Source of the DNA: Ostreococcus lucimarinus
Lineage: Eukaryota
DNA: 64,000 bases
NCBI GenBank assembly: GCA_000092065.1
Contig: CP000586.1
Strand: one strand, 5' to 3'
Shown: piece after piece, positions 38,852-48,737 of the stretch
Numbering within the stretch: position 1 is the stretch's first letter
Layout of the letters: every line of letters begins with the position of its first letter
Translations under genes and position numbers: made by a program
Notes under the pieces: generated by a model
The model's input: only the letters and a program-made list of their open reading frames with translations
Told to the model about the DNA's origin: nothing
Database searches by the model: none

Positions 38852-39901
38852 CTATTGCAAAGCGCCGATGACTTGCTGGACCACGAGGCGCTTGATCGTG
38901 ATGGCGACTATGGCGAAAACCAGCGCCCAAGCGGTGGTATCGAGTTGTTGCTTCGTTTTCGCGAGCTCTTGCGCGCGGCGCGCGAGGCGATCTTCGCGTT
39001 CGGTTTCGTTCGGCGGCGTCACGGGTCGCGGCGGATCCTCGTCGTTCTCGTCCTCGCGCTCGTCCTCGCGCTCGTCCTCGCGCGCGACGTCTTCGGCGCG
39101 CATCGCGCGCGACGGTTCGACACCCACATCGTTCCCATCGTCCCCTTCGACCGTCGAGACGTCGTCCTCGGACGCGCGCGAGCGTAAACCACCCTCCGAA
39201 GTCGCTTCGTCTTCGACGTCGTCTTCGTTCGCGTCGTCGTCTTCGATCGCGTTCTCCGACCGCGCCCCACCCTCGCTCGCGCTCGCCCCATCGTCTCCCG
39301 CATCCTTCACCGATTCCATCGCCATCACCGCCTCCATCCTCGCCAGCATCCGTTCGTGCACGCTCGCGCTCAGCGCCCGTCGCTTTTCGTTTCCGTGCGC
39401 AAACGTCGGCTCGCTCGCTCGCCAGCTCGCCTCCGCCAGCTCTCGCCTGACGTCGTCGCTCCAATCCAGCGATCCCACCGCGCCCTCCGGCGGCGTCGGG
39501 AAAAACGCCCGCATCGCCGTCAGCGCCGCCCGTATCGACCAGCTCGGCTGCCACTGCTTCGGGTGATGCTGCGAGATGCTCAGGCAAATCTTCGTCCCCG
39601 TCTCGAATCGTCCGTTCGCCGTCAGCAGCACGAACGACGGCGGCTTGAACGGGTACTCCGGCGGCAGCAGTATCCGTCCGTGGTATATCCCGCGCTCGAA
39701 CGCCGTTCGCGGCGGTCCGAAGACGGCGAAGTGAAACTCGAAGATGTCATCCTCGCACGGCTCGGCGATGAACGCCTCGAGCGCCGTCGCCTCGGCGCGC
39801 AGTTCGCGGATCTCGCGCAGGATGCGCTTGACGCTCGGCGTGTTGGCGTTGAAGCGCGCCGCCGTCGAAGACGCGGACGACGTCGAGGCGTCGACGGACA
39901 T
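38852..39901 (-). CDS. UBC6: ubiquitin-conjugating enzyme E2 J (UBC6-type, tail-anchored)
   Basis: UBC fold matching UBE2J (SVKRILREI..HGRILLPPEYPFKPPSFVLLTANGRFETGTKICLSISQHHPKQWQPSWSIRAALTAM). C-terminal TM (WALVFAIVAITIKRLVV). ATG at 39901; an in-frame upstream ATG is at 39952. Confidence 0.8.
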   Translation of the reverse strand: MSVDASTSSASSTAARFNANTPSVKRILREIRELRAEATALEAFIAEPCEDDIFEFHFAVFGPPRTAFERGIYHGRILLPPEYPFKPPSFVLLTANGRFETGTKICLSISQHHPKQWQPSWSIRAALTAMRAFFPTPPEGAVGSLDWSDDVRRELAEASWRASEPTFAHGNEKRRALSASVHERMLARMEAVMAMESVKDAGDDGASASEGGARSENAIEDDDANEDDVEDEATSEGGLRSRASEDDVSTVEGDDGNDVGVEPSRAMRAEDVAREDEREDEREDENDEDPPRPVTPPNETEREDRLARRAQELAKTKQQLDTTAWALVFAIVAITIKRLVVQQVIGALQ

Positions 39902-39950
39902 CGACGCGCGGCACCGTGACGCGCGGGACGGTGCGACGCGAGCCGACGTC

Positions 39951-41204
39951 ATGGCGACCGCCGACGCGACCGCCGCGGCGCCGCGCGCGGTCGGGGAGAT
40001 CGTCCGCGGCGTCGTGCGCGCGGTGCGCGCGTTCGGGGTGTTCGTGCGCGTCGACGGCGACGACTCGGGGAAAGACGCGCTGATGCACCGGGACGACTGC
40101 GGGAACGACGCGACGTTCTCGCGCGACGACGACGACGAGGCGATAAAACACGCGCTGGAGTACTTTTATCCGGTCGGACATCGCGTGTGGGGGAAGGTGA
40201 CGAGCGTGAGGGAGGACGAGAGGAAGCCGGGGACGTGGAGGGTGGCGCTGGACGCGAGCGTCGTGGACCAGGCGACGGGGGAGGATTTAGATCCCACGGG
40301 AGCGAAGACGCGGGAAAAACGAGGCACGAGGGACGGTGATCGACGCGCGGGAGGCGCGGGGGCGGATGGTGGGGCGCCGAGGTTCGGGGGGGGCGGGGGG
40401 GGCGGCGGCGGACCGGCGTTTCATCCCGAGTTGCACAAGGTGTACAGAGGTAAGGCTCGAACGGTGAAACCGGTGGGGGTGTTCGTCGATATTCGAGGGT
40501 TTCGTCGCGGTGGATTAGTGCACCGGACGCAGATCTCGCAGTATTTGGACGTGCCCAGGGACGTGGATGACGAGGAAAAGATTCGCGTCATTTCCGGCGT
40601 CGTGGCGGAGGGCGACGACGTTTGGGTCAAGGTCGTGGACGTCGAGACCACGGACGGGGCGCCTCCTCGCGTGAGTTTATCGATGAAGAACGTGGATCAG
40701 GGCAACGGCGAGGATTTGGATCCGAACAACTTGAATTACGAACCGCCGTTTCGCGGCGGCGGCGGCGGCGGCGGCGGCGGGTATCGCCCCGTCGGCGCGG
40801 ATGCAGGGCAAACGGTGCAAGCGGGCGCGATCCGTTGGGGACATCACGCTGGCGATGTGAAACAATACGGCAGCGGCGGGAAGCAGTATGAACTTCTCCT
40901 CGAAGGCGAGGGAGACGTCATCGGCGGGAACGAGGACGCACCGCCCAGCGGTTTGAGATTCGGCACTGGTGACTTTGTCAGTCGACTTCGCGCCGCGGGT
41001 GGCTCGCCCACGCGCGTTCGCGATGGTAGCGATCGGGATTTAAAGAAACCGAAGAAGGAGAGGAAGGAAAAGAAGGAAAAGAAGGAGAAAAAGAGTAAAA
41101 AACACAAAAAGTCTTCGAGAAAGCGCAGTCGACGCGATTACTCGAGCGACGATTCGTCTTCGAGCGACTCGTATTCCCGCTCTCGTTCTCCACGACGACG
41201 ATAG
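39951..41204 (+). CDS. ZCCHC17/pNO40-like nucleolar S1-domain protein (two S1 domains, Lys/Ser/Arg-rich tail, no zinc knuckle seen)
   Basis: The second S1 closely matches pNO40 and the DHX8 S1 (GLVHRTQIS..VWVKVVDVE..VSLSMKNVDQGNGEDLDPNN). The first S1 is a more divergent copy ending VDQATGEDLDP. The tail is KKPKKERKEKKEKKEKKSKKHKKSSRKRSRRDYSSDDSSSSDS. Confidence 0.65.
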   Translation: MATADATAAAPRAVGEIVRGVVRAVRAFGVFVRVDGDDSGKDALMHRDDCGNDATFSRDDDDEAIKHALEYFYPVGHRVWGKVTSVREDERKPGTWRVALDASVVDQATGEDLDPTGAKTREKRGTRDGDRRAGGAGADGGAPRFGGGGGGGGGPAFHPELHKVYRGKARTVKPVGVFVDIRGFRRGGLVHRTQISQYLDVPRDVDDEEKIRVISGVVAEGDDVWVKVVDVETTDGAPPRVSLSMKNVDQGNGEDLDPNNLNYEPPFRGGGGGGGGGYRPVGADAGQTVQAGAIRWGHHAGDVKQYGSGGKQYELLLEGEGDVIGGNEDAPPSGLRFGTGDFVSRLRAAGGSPTRVRDGSDRDLKKPKKERKEKKEKKEKKSKKHKKSSRKRSRRDYSSDDSSSSDSYSRSRSPRRR

Positions 41205-41296
41205 AATAGATGTTCGTAATAAATCAGATTCACGTTGAACTTTGCGTTGGTGCAGCTATTGCTACTTCGCACCATGCGTCCTAAACGCGCGTCCCA

Positions 41297-41992
41297 TCAA
41301 AGCTCTTGCTTGGCCGCTTTCTTCGCTTTCGACCTTCGCTCCTTCTTCTTGGGCGGTTCAACTCGTTTCGACTCCTTCTCTTCGTCGTCGTAGAAATCGT
41401 GATCTTTAGGCTCTTCCTCGGAGAAGTCAACGGATTCATCGCACGCCTTGGAGACGTTGCGACACAAAAACTCCTCGACGTTCGACTCCGCGTCCAATCT
41501 CTCCTCGAGCACGGCGGCCTGCAACGCCTCCTCCGACTCCTCGATCACGCGGTGGCAGTACCCTAGAATTTCCGTTTTCATCTGCTTCCCTCGCGCGTGA
41601 CGAATCTTCTTCACCGGATTCGGCGGGATTCGCCACCGATTCGTTTCCTCGTGGAGCTGATACTTTCCCACCCTGCTCGGCTCGTCGCAGACGCCGTCGA
41701 GCAGCTCGACGAACCGCAGCTCGCTCACTTTATACGAGATCCTCTTGCCGTATCGGCGCCCGCGCGAGTCCAATCGACCGCGCATGTCCACGACTTTCCC
41801 GTCCGCGCTCTCGGCGTCTTCGCGCAGGGCCTTGGCGAGGGATTTACCGACGGCGCGGCACGCGCTGCACTTCGCTTCGATGGCTTCGGCGGTCGACGAC
41901 GCGCGCGCGACGACGAGGGCGAGCGCGAGCGCGAGCGCGAACGCGCGCGCGCGGAGCGATCGCGATCTCGCGCGGGGCGCCGACGCGCGCAT
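41297..41992 (-). CDS. Canopy (CNPY)/DUF3456 saposin-like ER protein with signal peptide
   Basis: Signal peptide (MRASAPRARSRSLRARAFALALALALVVARA). Conserved CNPY cysteine pattern (CSACRAV..ELLDGVCDE..YCHRVIEESEE..FLCRNVSKACDE). C-terminus ..KQEL. Confidence 0.55.
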   Translation of the reverse strand: MRASAPRARSRSLRARAFALALALALVVARASSTAEAIEAKCSACRAVGKSLAKALREDAESADGKVVDMRGRLDSRGRRYGKRISYKVSELRFVELLDGVCDEPSRVGKYQLHEETNRWRIPPNPVKKIRHARGKQMKTEILGYCHRVIEESEEALQAAVLEERLDAESNVEEFLCRNVSKACDESVDFSEEEPKDHDFYDDEEKESKRVEPPKKKERRSKAKKAAKQEL

Positions 41993-42153
41993 GGTGTAAA
42001 CGCCGCAGCGCGCGGACGCGCGCGGACCAGAGAATGAGGGCTCGATCGAAGCATCTTGCGCGCGGAGACTAGGGGTACGTCGGAGATTGTACAACCGCGA
42101 ATGTATATTAAGAGCGTGCGGATACTTGCGTGCTACTGCTGATGCTAGAAAGG

Positions 42154-45100
42154 TTAAATATTTGCGTCGGGCGCAGACGCAGCCGCGCGGGCTCGCCGCG
42201 CGCGGAATCGACGCTGAAGTTTTAAGACGACGAGCATGACGCTCATGGAAATTGGCTTGCCGTCGAGATCAAACAATTCGTTCTCGTCGCCTTCTTCTGC
42301 GATTTCCATCTCGCGAATGGACGCAAAAGAGTCCCCGCGAAGTTCATCGGCGGCTTGTTCTTTGCGAGAAAGTTCTCTGACGAGAGTCGCTCTTCGACGG
42401 ACTTTGTTTCGAAGTCTCAAGAGAGAAGCCCGTTTGGCGTTTCTCCGATCCTCCTCGAGTTCGCGGCGAATTTCGAGCGGGAGGTAGTTGAGATCCACAC
42501 CCATAGCCTTGGCCGTAAAAGCCTGCAAGAGCTCGGTGTAATGAAGAAACCTCGACCCTCCTTGTAGATTGAGCGATCGAACGTGGTTGAGCATGCCCAA
42601 GTCAGTGACGCGCTTGCCCTTCAAACCCAATGGTTTTGGCGTGGCGAGAATGATGGCCTTTACGTCGATCGCGCTGACGAAACCGGTGAGATCTGGGTCG
42701 AACTTTTTCCAAACTCTGCGGAAAGCCTTGACGTCTTCAGGAGTCACGTTCTCATTCTCAGCTTCCTTTCTACTCATCGAATAGTTATCGAGCACGACAG
42801 CGATGAGTAAGTTGAGAATAATGAACGAAGAGAAAGCGACAAAGCTGACAAAGTAAACTGGAGCGACGGCGGTGCCGCAACACGTCCCGATGGCGCAATC
42901 GAAAGAAGCGTCGCAGTTTTTCTTGTTCATGCAATCATTCATGATCTCTTGCCACCCCTCGCCGGTCAACATCCGCAAAAGCGTGGAGAGGGAATTTCCA
43001 AAAGTTTTGAAGTTTGCGTGCCTATTGAGCGCTTCGCCATACGCGAGACGCCCGAAGACTTGTGTGCCTAATATGGCGTATATAAAAAACAGCAGCGCCA
43101 ACAACAGAGATATGTTGCCGAGCGCAGGAATTGTCATCACCAGCGTCTGGAACAACGTGTTCAATGATTTCCACTTTTTCACCATACGGAAAACTCTGCA
43201 GATGCGCAGAGCGCGGAACGCGCTAGATCCCGTTCCCGACTGCAAAATTGCACCCAAGATGGACGTTACGACGATGATAAAGTCGAACACATTCCAACCG
43301 GATGAAAAGTAACGTCGCGGGTACAGCGCGCCAATTTTCATCATCGCTTCAACTGCAAACGCAGCCGTGAAGATGTAGTTCAACACATCCAATGCAAACT
43401 TCTTTGAGGAGCTGTCGTGATCCGTCTCCGTCATGAGCACCACGGTGTTAATGAAGATGATAACCATGATGCTCGCATCAAATCTTGTGTCGTTGATCAA
43501 TTGGAAGAGCTTTGCGCGCCACTTTTGATGAGGCGGTCTTCTGAAAAATGATTGTCGAGCGGTGAAGTTCCTGTTGCGCTGCTGAGCAACCCACCTTGCC
43601 TGTGACTCGCTCATAATGGTGCGCGTCAGCGACGTCGTCGATATCTTCAAAAAGTTGTCGATGACGATACCGATGCACATATTGAACAAGAAGAAGTTCG
43701 ACAGAACGATAAAAATGAGGAAATACCACGTCGCGACTGGAGTACGATCTCGCACGGGCGCCACATCCGTGCCCACGGCGTCAGCTGCGTTGAACATAGT
43801 CACTGTCCACCCTTCGCCAGACGTCGTCTCAAACAACGTGAGCATTGCTCGTGGGAAAGAGTCAAAGTTGCTGTCAGCACTCTCCCAATCTCGAGTGACA
43901 TAAACCGCAGATGTGTAGCTGCCAGTGCATGCAGATTCGGTCGTTTTGGTGTAGTCGTTGCACGAAGACGTTATGACATCCCAAGTCCGCACACTCGTGC
44001 CGTTTGACCAAGAATCGACGCACGCCGATTTAGTGAGAATCGTGGGATCGGAGCAACTTTTAAACTTACCCATGAACAACGACATTCCTGCGATAGCAAA
44101 TATGATCCACACAATCAACGATACCAGAAGCACGTACACGAGACTCGGAAGCGATGCAATGAGCGCGTTGATTACCACTTTTAACCCTTGTACTCGCCCG
44201 AGAAGTCGAAGCGGTCGCAAAACGCGCAAAGTACGTAACGCACGAACCCATTTAAGATCCGCGCTGGATCCGAGACCCATACCGAGCAATCCGAAAAACA
44301 CGATAGTGCCATCGAGAACGTTCCACGGGTTCTTCAAGTACGAGTACTTATCGGCGTTGAACATGCCTAACGCGATCCACTTCATCAACAACTCCACCAC
44401 AAATGCAGAAGTGAAACAGTAATCAAGAATTTCTGCTCTCTCCTCAAAGTTTGGATTGTCCATATTCTCTGGCGTCTCCCAACACATGGTTATACTCGAG
44501 GCAATGATCAACATAAGAATGAACCAGTCAAATCGCCTGTCGTCCGCGATCGCGAAGCACGCTTTACGGACTGGGTGCGATGGCTTGAACAATCCAAAAA
44601 AGCTGCTTTGTTCAAACTTAGTGAGCGGAACTTTACTAAGCGCCCCTGGCTGCTTCTTCTGCATGTCCTTCGGACTCATAATGACGCTGGTTGTCTCAGC
44701 GCTACTTTCTTCCTCAATCATCTTTCTGGCTCGCTGCAATCTCAAATTTTCAACTTTAGCCGCTGCTTTTCTCTTCTCTCTCTTCAGCAATTCGTGGGCA
44801 AAATGTGCAAATCTCGTCGCAGTTTGGGATGGCTCATTATTTGCGCTATCATTCGACTCACGACTACGGACACTGTCCGATTTAGTCATTCGCATCCCAG
44901 CAAACACGCCAAAGATACTTTGTTTCTTCGCAGCCCTACTCTCTTGCAGTTGCTCTTGCAGGACTTCTTTGCGATTGTCAAAGTTGCTCAGCAAGATGGC
45001 GATGAGCGAGTTGAGAATGATAAAGTCGCCCAGAATGAGGACGACCACGAAATACAGAAGAGCGACTTTCGCGGTGGTGAACATGGTGTCATACATCACT

Positions 45101-47601
45101 AATGGCCAATCCTCGTGCGTGATGACTTGCACGACAGTAATAATAGCGTTGTTGAAGGTGTCAAAGTTCGACCGCGGCTTTGGGTCAATCTTACAGTAAT
45201 TGCCGCCAAAAAGTTGCATCCCGACGAGCGCAAAAATCAAAACAAATAGACACAAAATCGCTAGAAAACTCGATAAATCGACCAGAGTCTTCCAAATTGT
45301 TTTAAGCGTGCTCTGTAGAGACTGCCACGTTCGCATCAACTTGAGGATTCGGAAAACTCGGAGCGCGCGAAGGACGGTGAATTTTGACTTGCCTTCACCT
45401 CCATTCAAGCCGAGTTCAATACAAGACACGAGCACAATCCCCGCATCCAACCAATTCATGCGATCACGCACGTACTCAGGTATACCAAGCGCTACGACTT
45501 TAATCAATAATTCAAACATGAAAATCGCAGTAAACGCCAGATTCGCGTTTTCCAGCGCCTCTGAGTAACTGTTAGACATGCCGTCGTATTCCATCGCGAG
45601 CACGAGTGTGTTCAACAAAATACTGAAGTTGATGACCATGAAGAAAAAATCACCATCCACGAACTTCCGCGCACGTGGTTGTACGAAGTTCTTTATTCTG
45701 ACGAGTTGCGTTTTGATCCACTCGAGAGTTTGACTGCGTTTGTGGCGCACGACGGACGCGCTCATTGCTTCTCCTAACCCGTCATTCGTGGCACTTTCTG
45801 AGCGTGATAGCGCCTGGATAGCTCTTTCGAAGGTGGAGAAGCTCCCACTCGAGACTCTTTGCAACTCATCCATAATATTCGCGTCGTAAACCATGGTGAT
45901 GATGGCGAGTGCCAAGTTCAATATCACGAACGATCCAAAAAATATCACGGGCAGGAACCACATCACGACCGCAGGCGATACTGAATCTATGAGGTCTAAC
46001 ATCACGGGCGACCAATACTCGAGGGTTATCGTCTGGAAGATCACGAGCCAAGACCACCAGACGCTATCGAAACTCGCGTATCCATAGTTTGGATTTTCGT
46101 GATCTAAACACTCTTGGCCGCTGGGGCACTGCCACGCGGCTTGGGCGGTGGTTCCACATGCTTGATCTTCGTTCTTTTTCAGCAAAACTGCGTCACCAGA
46201 AGCGCGTTTGATGCATCGTACGTATTCTTGCGCCGTGTAACTCTCGCACGGCACGCTTGGCGGAAGTACATCGAAGCACCGTGTTCTCATCTTTCCGGCA
46301 AAGAACTGCACGCCAATGATACCGAAAATGCAGAAGAATAGCAAAAAGAATACAATCACGTTCGCAAGAAGTGGTAGAGACTTCAACATTGTCTCGATCA
46401 GCAATCGAAGCGATGGGAACATGCTAATCGTTCGCAGCGGACGCAGAATTCGCACTGTTCTTAAGGTGGACACGTTTGACCCCATATCGCCTGGCAGGAG
46501 GGCGACGACGGACACGATGACAATGCCAAAGTCCATCACGTTCCACGAGTCGCGTAAATACGCCCCCGAGTTTTTTGTATTCAATTTACCCACCACACCG
46601 AACGCTATCATCTTCAGCAACGCCTCGAGGGTGAATAAAATAGTGAACGTGAGTTCGCTCCGCTCCGCCGCGTCGTTCCTCGCCCCTCGCGTGGCAAACT
46701 GCCCGCACCCTCTACCCTCCAAGCGCTCGGGTTCGCTGAGGCACAGCAAAATCGTATTCGCAGCGATAATCAGCAGTACGATCCAATCAAACTCGTGTCT
46801 CTCGACGAGCTGAATGCAAAACTTGCGAATCGGGTTCTCCGCCCCGAACACCCCGAACGACTTTTCAGCGTAAATCTTCCCACTCACTCCCACGACTAAG
46901 CTATCCTCGCCCTCGATCGACGCATTTCCCGACGCTGACTCTTGCCTCGCCGCACTCACGTTCGCACTTCGTTCTTTCCCACTCTTCGTGTGTTCGCCCA
47001 AGCGATGATAAATGTCCACCAATTGTTCGCCTCGTTCGTCTCGCTCGCCGTCGTCGTCGCTTGAGTGGGAATCTCTCGCCCCGTCCCGATCGATGCCGTA
47101 ATACGATCCATCATCACCATCACCCTCATCGTCGGAATCGTCGCTCGAGCACGGCGCCGGTCCCGCGCGCGTCGCCGCTCCCGCGCGCCGCGTTTCGTCC
47201 TCCGTCTCGCGCTCGCCGCTCGAATTCCCATCGCTCGAATCCGCGCTCCCGTGTCGCATCACCAGCTCCGCGAACGCGACGGACGACAGCGACGCCCCCC
47301 CGCTCGCGCGTCTTCGTCCCTCGCGCGCGTTTTGCGACGCATCGCGCGCGACGAACGCACCGATCGTCCCCGCGCGTCGTGCCTCCGAATTCGCGTTCGC
47401 GTCGTCGTCGTCTTCATCGCGCGCCCTCGCGCCGCCGCGCGCGTCGCGCCGCCGCGTCGGCGCGTCGCCGGAGTCCGACTCCACGCCCCACCGGCTCGGC
47501 GCCATCGGCATCGCGCGCGGCGCGCGCGCGCGTCGTCGTCTGTCGGCCGGGGCGGCCGGTCTCGTGTCGCAGCGGTAAAAAACACGGACCACGTCGCGCA
47601 T
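42154..47601 (-). CDS. four-domain voltage-gated Ca2+ channel alpha subunit (Cav-like, EEEE selectivity filter)
   Basis: Four homologous 6-TM domains with arginine-ladder S4 segments (RTVRILRPLRTI; LRALRVFRILKLMR; VRALRTLRVLRPLRLL; RALRICRVFRMVKK). Pore loops TLEYW / THEDW / TSGEGW / TGEGW give Glu in all four domains. There is a C-terminal IQ-like basic motif. The ORF-track start is a GTG; the first ATG is at 47601 and the true start is uncertain. Confidence 0.85.
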   Translation of the reverse strand: MRDVVRVFYRCDTRPAAPADRRRRARAPRAMPMAPSRWGVESDSGDAPTRRRDARGGARARDEDDDDANANSEARRAGTIGAFVARDASQNAREGRRRASGGASLSSVAFAELVMRHGSADSSDGNSSGERETEDETRRAGAATRAGPAPCSSDDSDDEGDGDDGSYYGIDRDGARDSHSSDDDGERDERGEQLVDIYHRLGEHTKSGKERSANVSAARQESASGNASIEGEDSLVVGVSGKIYAEKSFGVFGAENPIRKFCIQLVERHEFDWIVLLIIAANTILLCLSEPERLEGRGCGQFATRGARNDAAERSELTFTILFTLEALLKMIAFGVVGKLNTKNSGAYLRDSWNVMDFGIVIVSVVALLPGDMGSNVSTLRTVRILRPLRTISMFPSLRLLIETMLKSLPLLANVIVFFLLFFCIFGIIGVQFFAGKMRTRCFDVLPPSVPCESYTAQEYVRCIKRASGDAVLLKKNEDQACGTTAQAAWQCPSGQECLDHENPNYGYASFDSVWWSWLVIFQTITLEYWSPVMLDLIDSVSPAVVMWFLPVIFFGSFVILNLALAIITMVYDANIMDELQRVSSGSFSTFERAIQALSRSESATNDGLGEAMSASVVRHKRSQTLEWIKTQLVRIKNFVQPRARKFVDGDFFFMVINFSILLNTLVLAMEYDGMSNSYSEALENANLAFTAIFMFELLIKVVALGIPEYVRDRMNWLDAGIVLVSCIELGLNGGEGKSKFTVLRALRVFRILKLMRTWQSLQSTLKTIWKTLVDLSSFLAILCLFVLIFALVGMQLFGGNYCKIDPKPRSNFDTFNNAIITVVQVITHEDWPLVMYDTMFTTAKVALLYFVVVLILGDFIILNSLIAILLSNFDNRKEVLQEQLQESRAAKKQSIFGVFAGMRMTKSDSVRSRESNDSANNEPSQTATRFAHFAHELLKREKRKAAAKVENLRLQRARKMIEEESSAETTSVIMSPKDMQKKQPGALSKVPLTKFEQSSFFGLFKPSHPVRKACFAIADDRRFDWFILMLIIASSITMCWETPENMDNPNFEERAEILDYCFTSAFVVELLMKWIALGMFNADKYSYLKNPWNVLDGTIVFFGLLGMGLGSSADLKWVRALRTLRVLRPLRLLGRVQGLKVVINALIASLPSLVYVLLVSLIVWIIFAIAGMSLFMGKFKSCSDPTILTKSACVDSWSNGTSVRTWDVITSSCNDYTKTTESACTGSYTSAVYVTRDWESADSNFDSFPRAMLTLFETTSGEGWTVTMFNAADAVGTDVAPVRDRTPVATWYFLIFIVLSNFFLFNMCIGIVIDNFLKISTTSLTRTIMSESQARWVAQQRNRNFTARQSFFRRPPHQKWRAKLFQLINDTRFDASIMVIIFINTVVLMTETDHDSSSKKFALDVLNYIFTAAFAVEAMMKIGALYPRRYFSSGWNVFDFIIVVTSILGAILQSGTGSSAFRALRICRVFRMVKKWKSLNTLFQTLVMTIPALGNISLLLALLFFIYAILGTQVFGRLAYGEALNRHANFKTFGNSLSTLLRMLTGEGWQEIMNDCMNKKNCDASFDCAIGTCCGTAVAPVYFVSFVAFSSFIILNLLIAVVLDNYSMSRKEAENENVTPEDVKAFRRVWKKFDPDLTGFVSAIDVKAIILATPKPLGLKGKRVTDLGMLNHVRSLNLQGGSRFLHYTELLQAFTAKAMGVDLNYLPLEIRRELEEDRRNAKRASLLRLRNKVRRRATLVRELSRKEQAADELRGDSFASIREMEIAEEGDENELFDLDGKPISMSVMLVVLKLQRRFRARRARAAASAPDANI

Positions 47602-47809
47602 CGGATCGCGTCGCGACGCGCGTCGCGGCGTCGCGCGCTCGCGCACTCGCGCGCGCGCGAACGCGCGGAACGACGCGGGAGAGGCGTTTACACCGCGCGA
47701 AGACGCGCGAGACGCGCGAAAGCGGCGCGCGAAACGGTGAAGACGAACGAGTCGAACGAATCTCCGCGCGGGTGGTTGAAAACGCCGCGACGAGGACGAG
47801 GCGCGCGCG

Positions 47810-48658
47810 ATGACGACGCCGCGCGCGCGAACGGAGCGACGGGAGGGATCGCCGCGACCGTCGACGGCGCAGAGTGAGGCGAATCAGCGAACGCCGCACG
47901 GAGGAAGGGCGCTGTCGGAGGCGTACTTCGCCACGGGGGCGACGGCGTTTTTGGAGCGAGCGCTGACGCGACGCACGGGGGCGCACGCGGCGACGACGGT
48001 CGGGACGTTTCATCGAGGAAAACGAGGGAAGGGGGGGGTGAGAAGACGACTGGGAGGTGCGACGACGTCGACGGTGGGCGATGCGCGCGGTCACGGGGGC
48101 GGGGCGCGGGAGGTGGTGCGCGTGCGATGGGACCCGGAGAATCCGTACGCGGCGACGTTCGGCGAGCTGTTGGACGTGTTTTGGGATAGTCACGATCCCA
48201 CGCACGCGCCGATCGATGATTTGCACGCGAGCGTGGTTTTTGTGACGAGCGAAAGCCAGCGTGAGGAGACGCTGCGGAGCATCGAACAGAAGACCGACGC
48301 GTATCGCGACGCGGACGTGCTCACGCGCATGGAGTCGGCCGTCGACTACAGATTTACGGAGGCGCCGGAGCGATTTCAAAGAAGGTTGCAGCGCGCGAGC
48401 GAAGACGAGGGCAGTAGAGAGGGATCGATGCGAAACGGCGGCAGCGCGCGATCGTCGATGGATGAGCGCGGGAGCCCGAATGGAAGTACGAGCGAAGCAT
48501 CGCAAAGCACGGATGCACCGCAAAGAACGAGAACTCTTTTGGGTTCGGTGAACGCGACGCTTCATTGGGCGGTGGATTGGACGAAAGTGATCGCAGTGCA
48601 CGGGGCAGCGTATTTAGTTCGAGGCGGCGCCGAAAACGAGCGCAAGACTCCGAGATGA
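47810..48658 (+). CDS. MsrA-fold protein lacking the catalytic cysteine (peptide methionine sulfoxide reductase A-like)
   Basis: Aligns to MsrA (AYFATGATAFLERAL..VVRVRWDPENPYAATFGELLDVFWDSHDPT). The GCFWG active-site motif reads GATAF, so the nucleophilic Cys is absent. Confidence 0.55.
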   Translation: MTTPRARTERREGSPRPSTAQSEANQRTPHGGRALSEAYFATGATAFLERALTRRTGAHAATTVGTFHRGKRGKGGVRRRLGGATTSTVGDARGHGGGAREVVRVRWDPENPYAATFGELLDVFWDSHDPTHAPIDDLHASVVFVTSESQREETLRSIEQKTDAYRDADVLTRMESAVDYRFTEAPERFQRRLQRASEDEGSREGSMRNGGSARSSMDERGSPNGSTSEASQSTDAPQRTRTLLGSVNATLHWAVDWTKVIAVHGAAYLVRGGAENERKTPR

Positions 48659-48737
48659 TTTCTAGAACTTTTGGAATGACATCACAACGACTTTGACGCG
48701 CTACGCACTCTCACTACGACGCACTCGCACTCTCATT

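Noticed and set aside
47061-48601. R-rich ORFs 47061..47813, 47065..47877, 47414..48601
   Set aside because: Antisense or alternative frames of the channel 5' end and the MsrA-like gene. Low-complexity Arg/Ala strings are typical of GC-rich non-coding frames.
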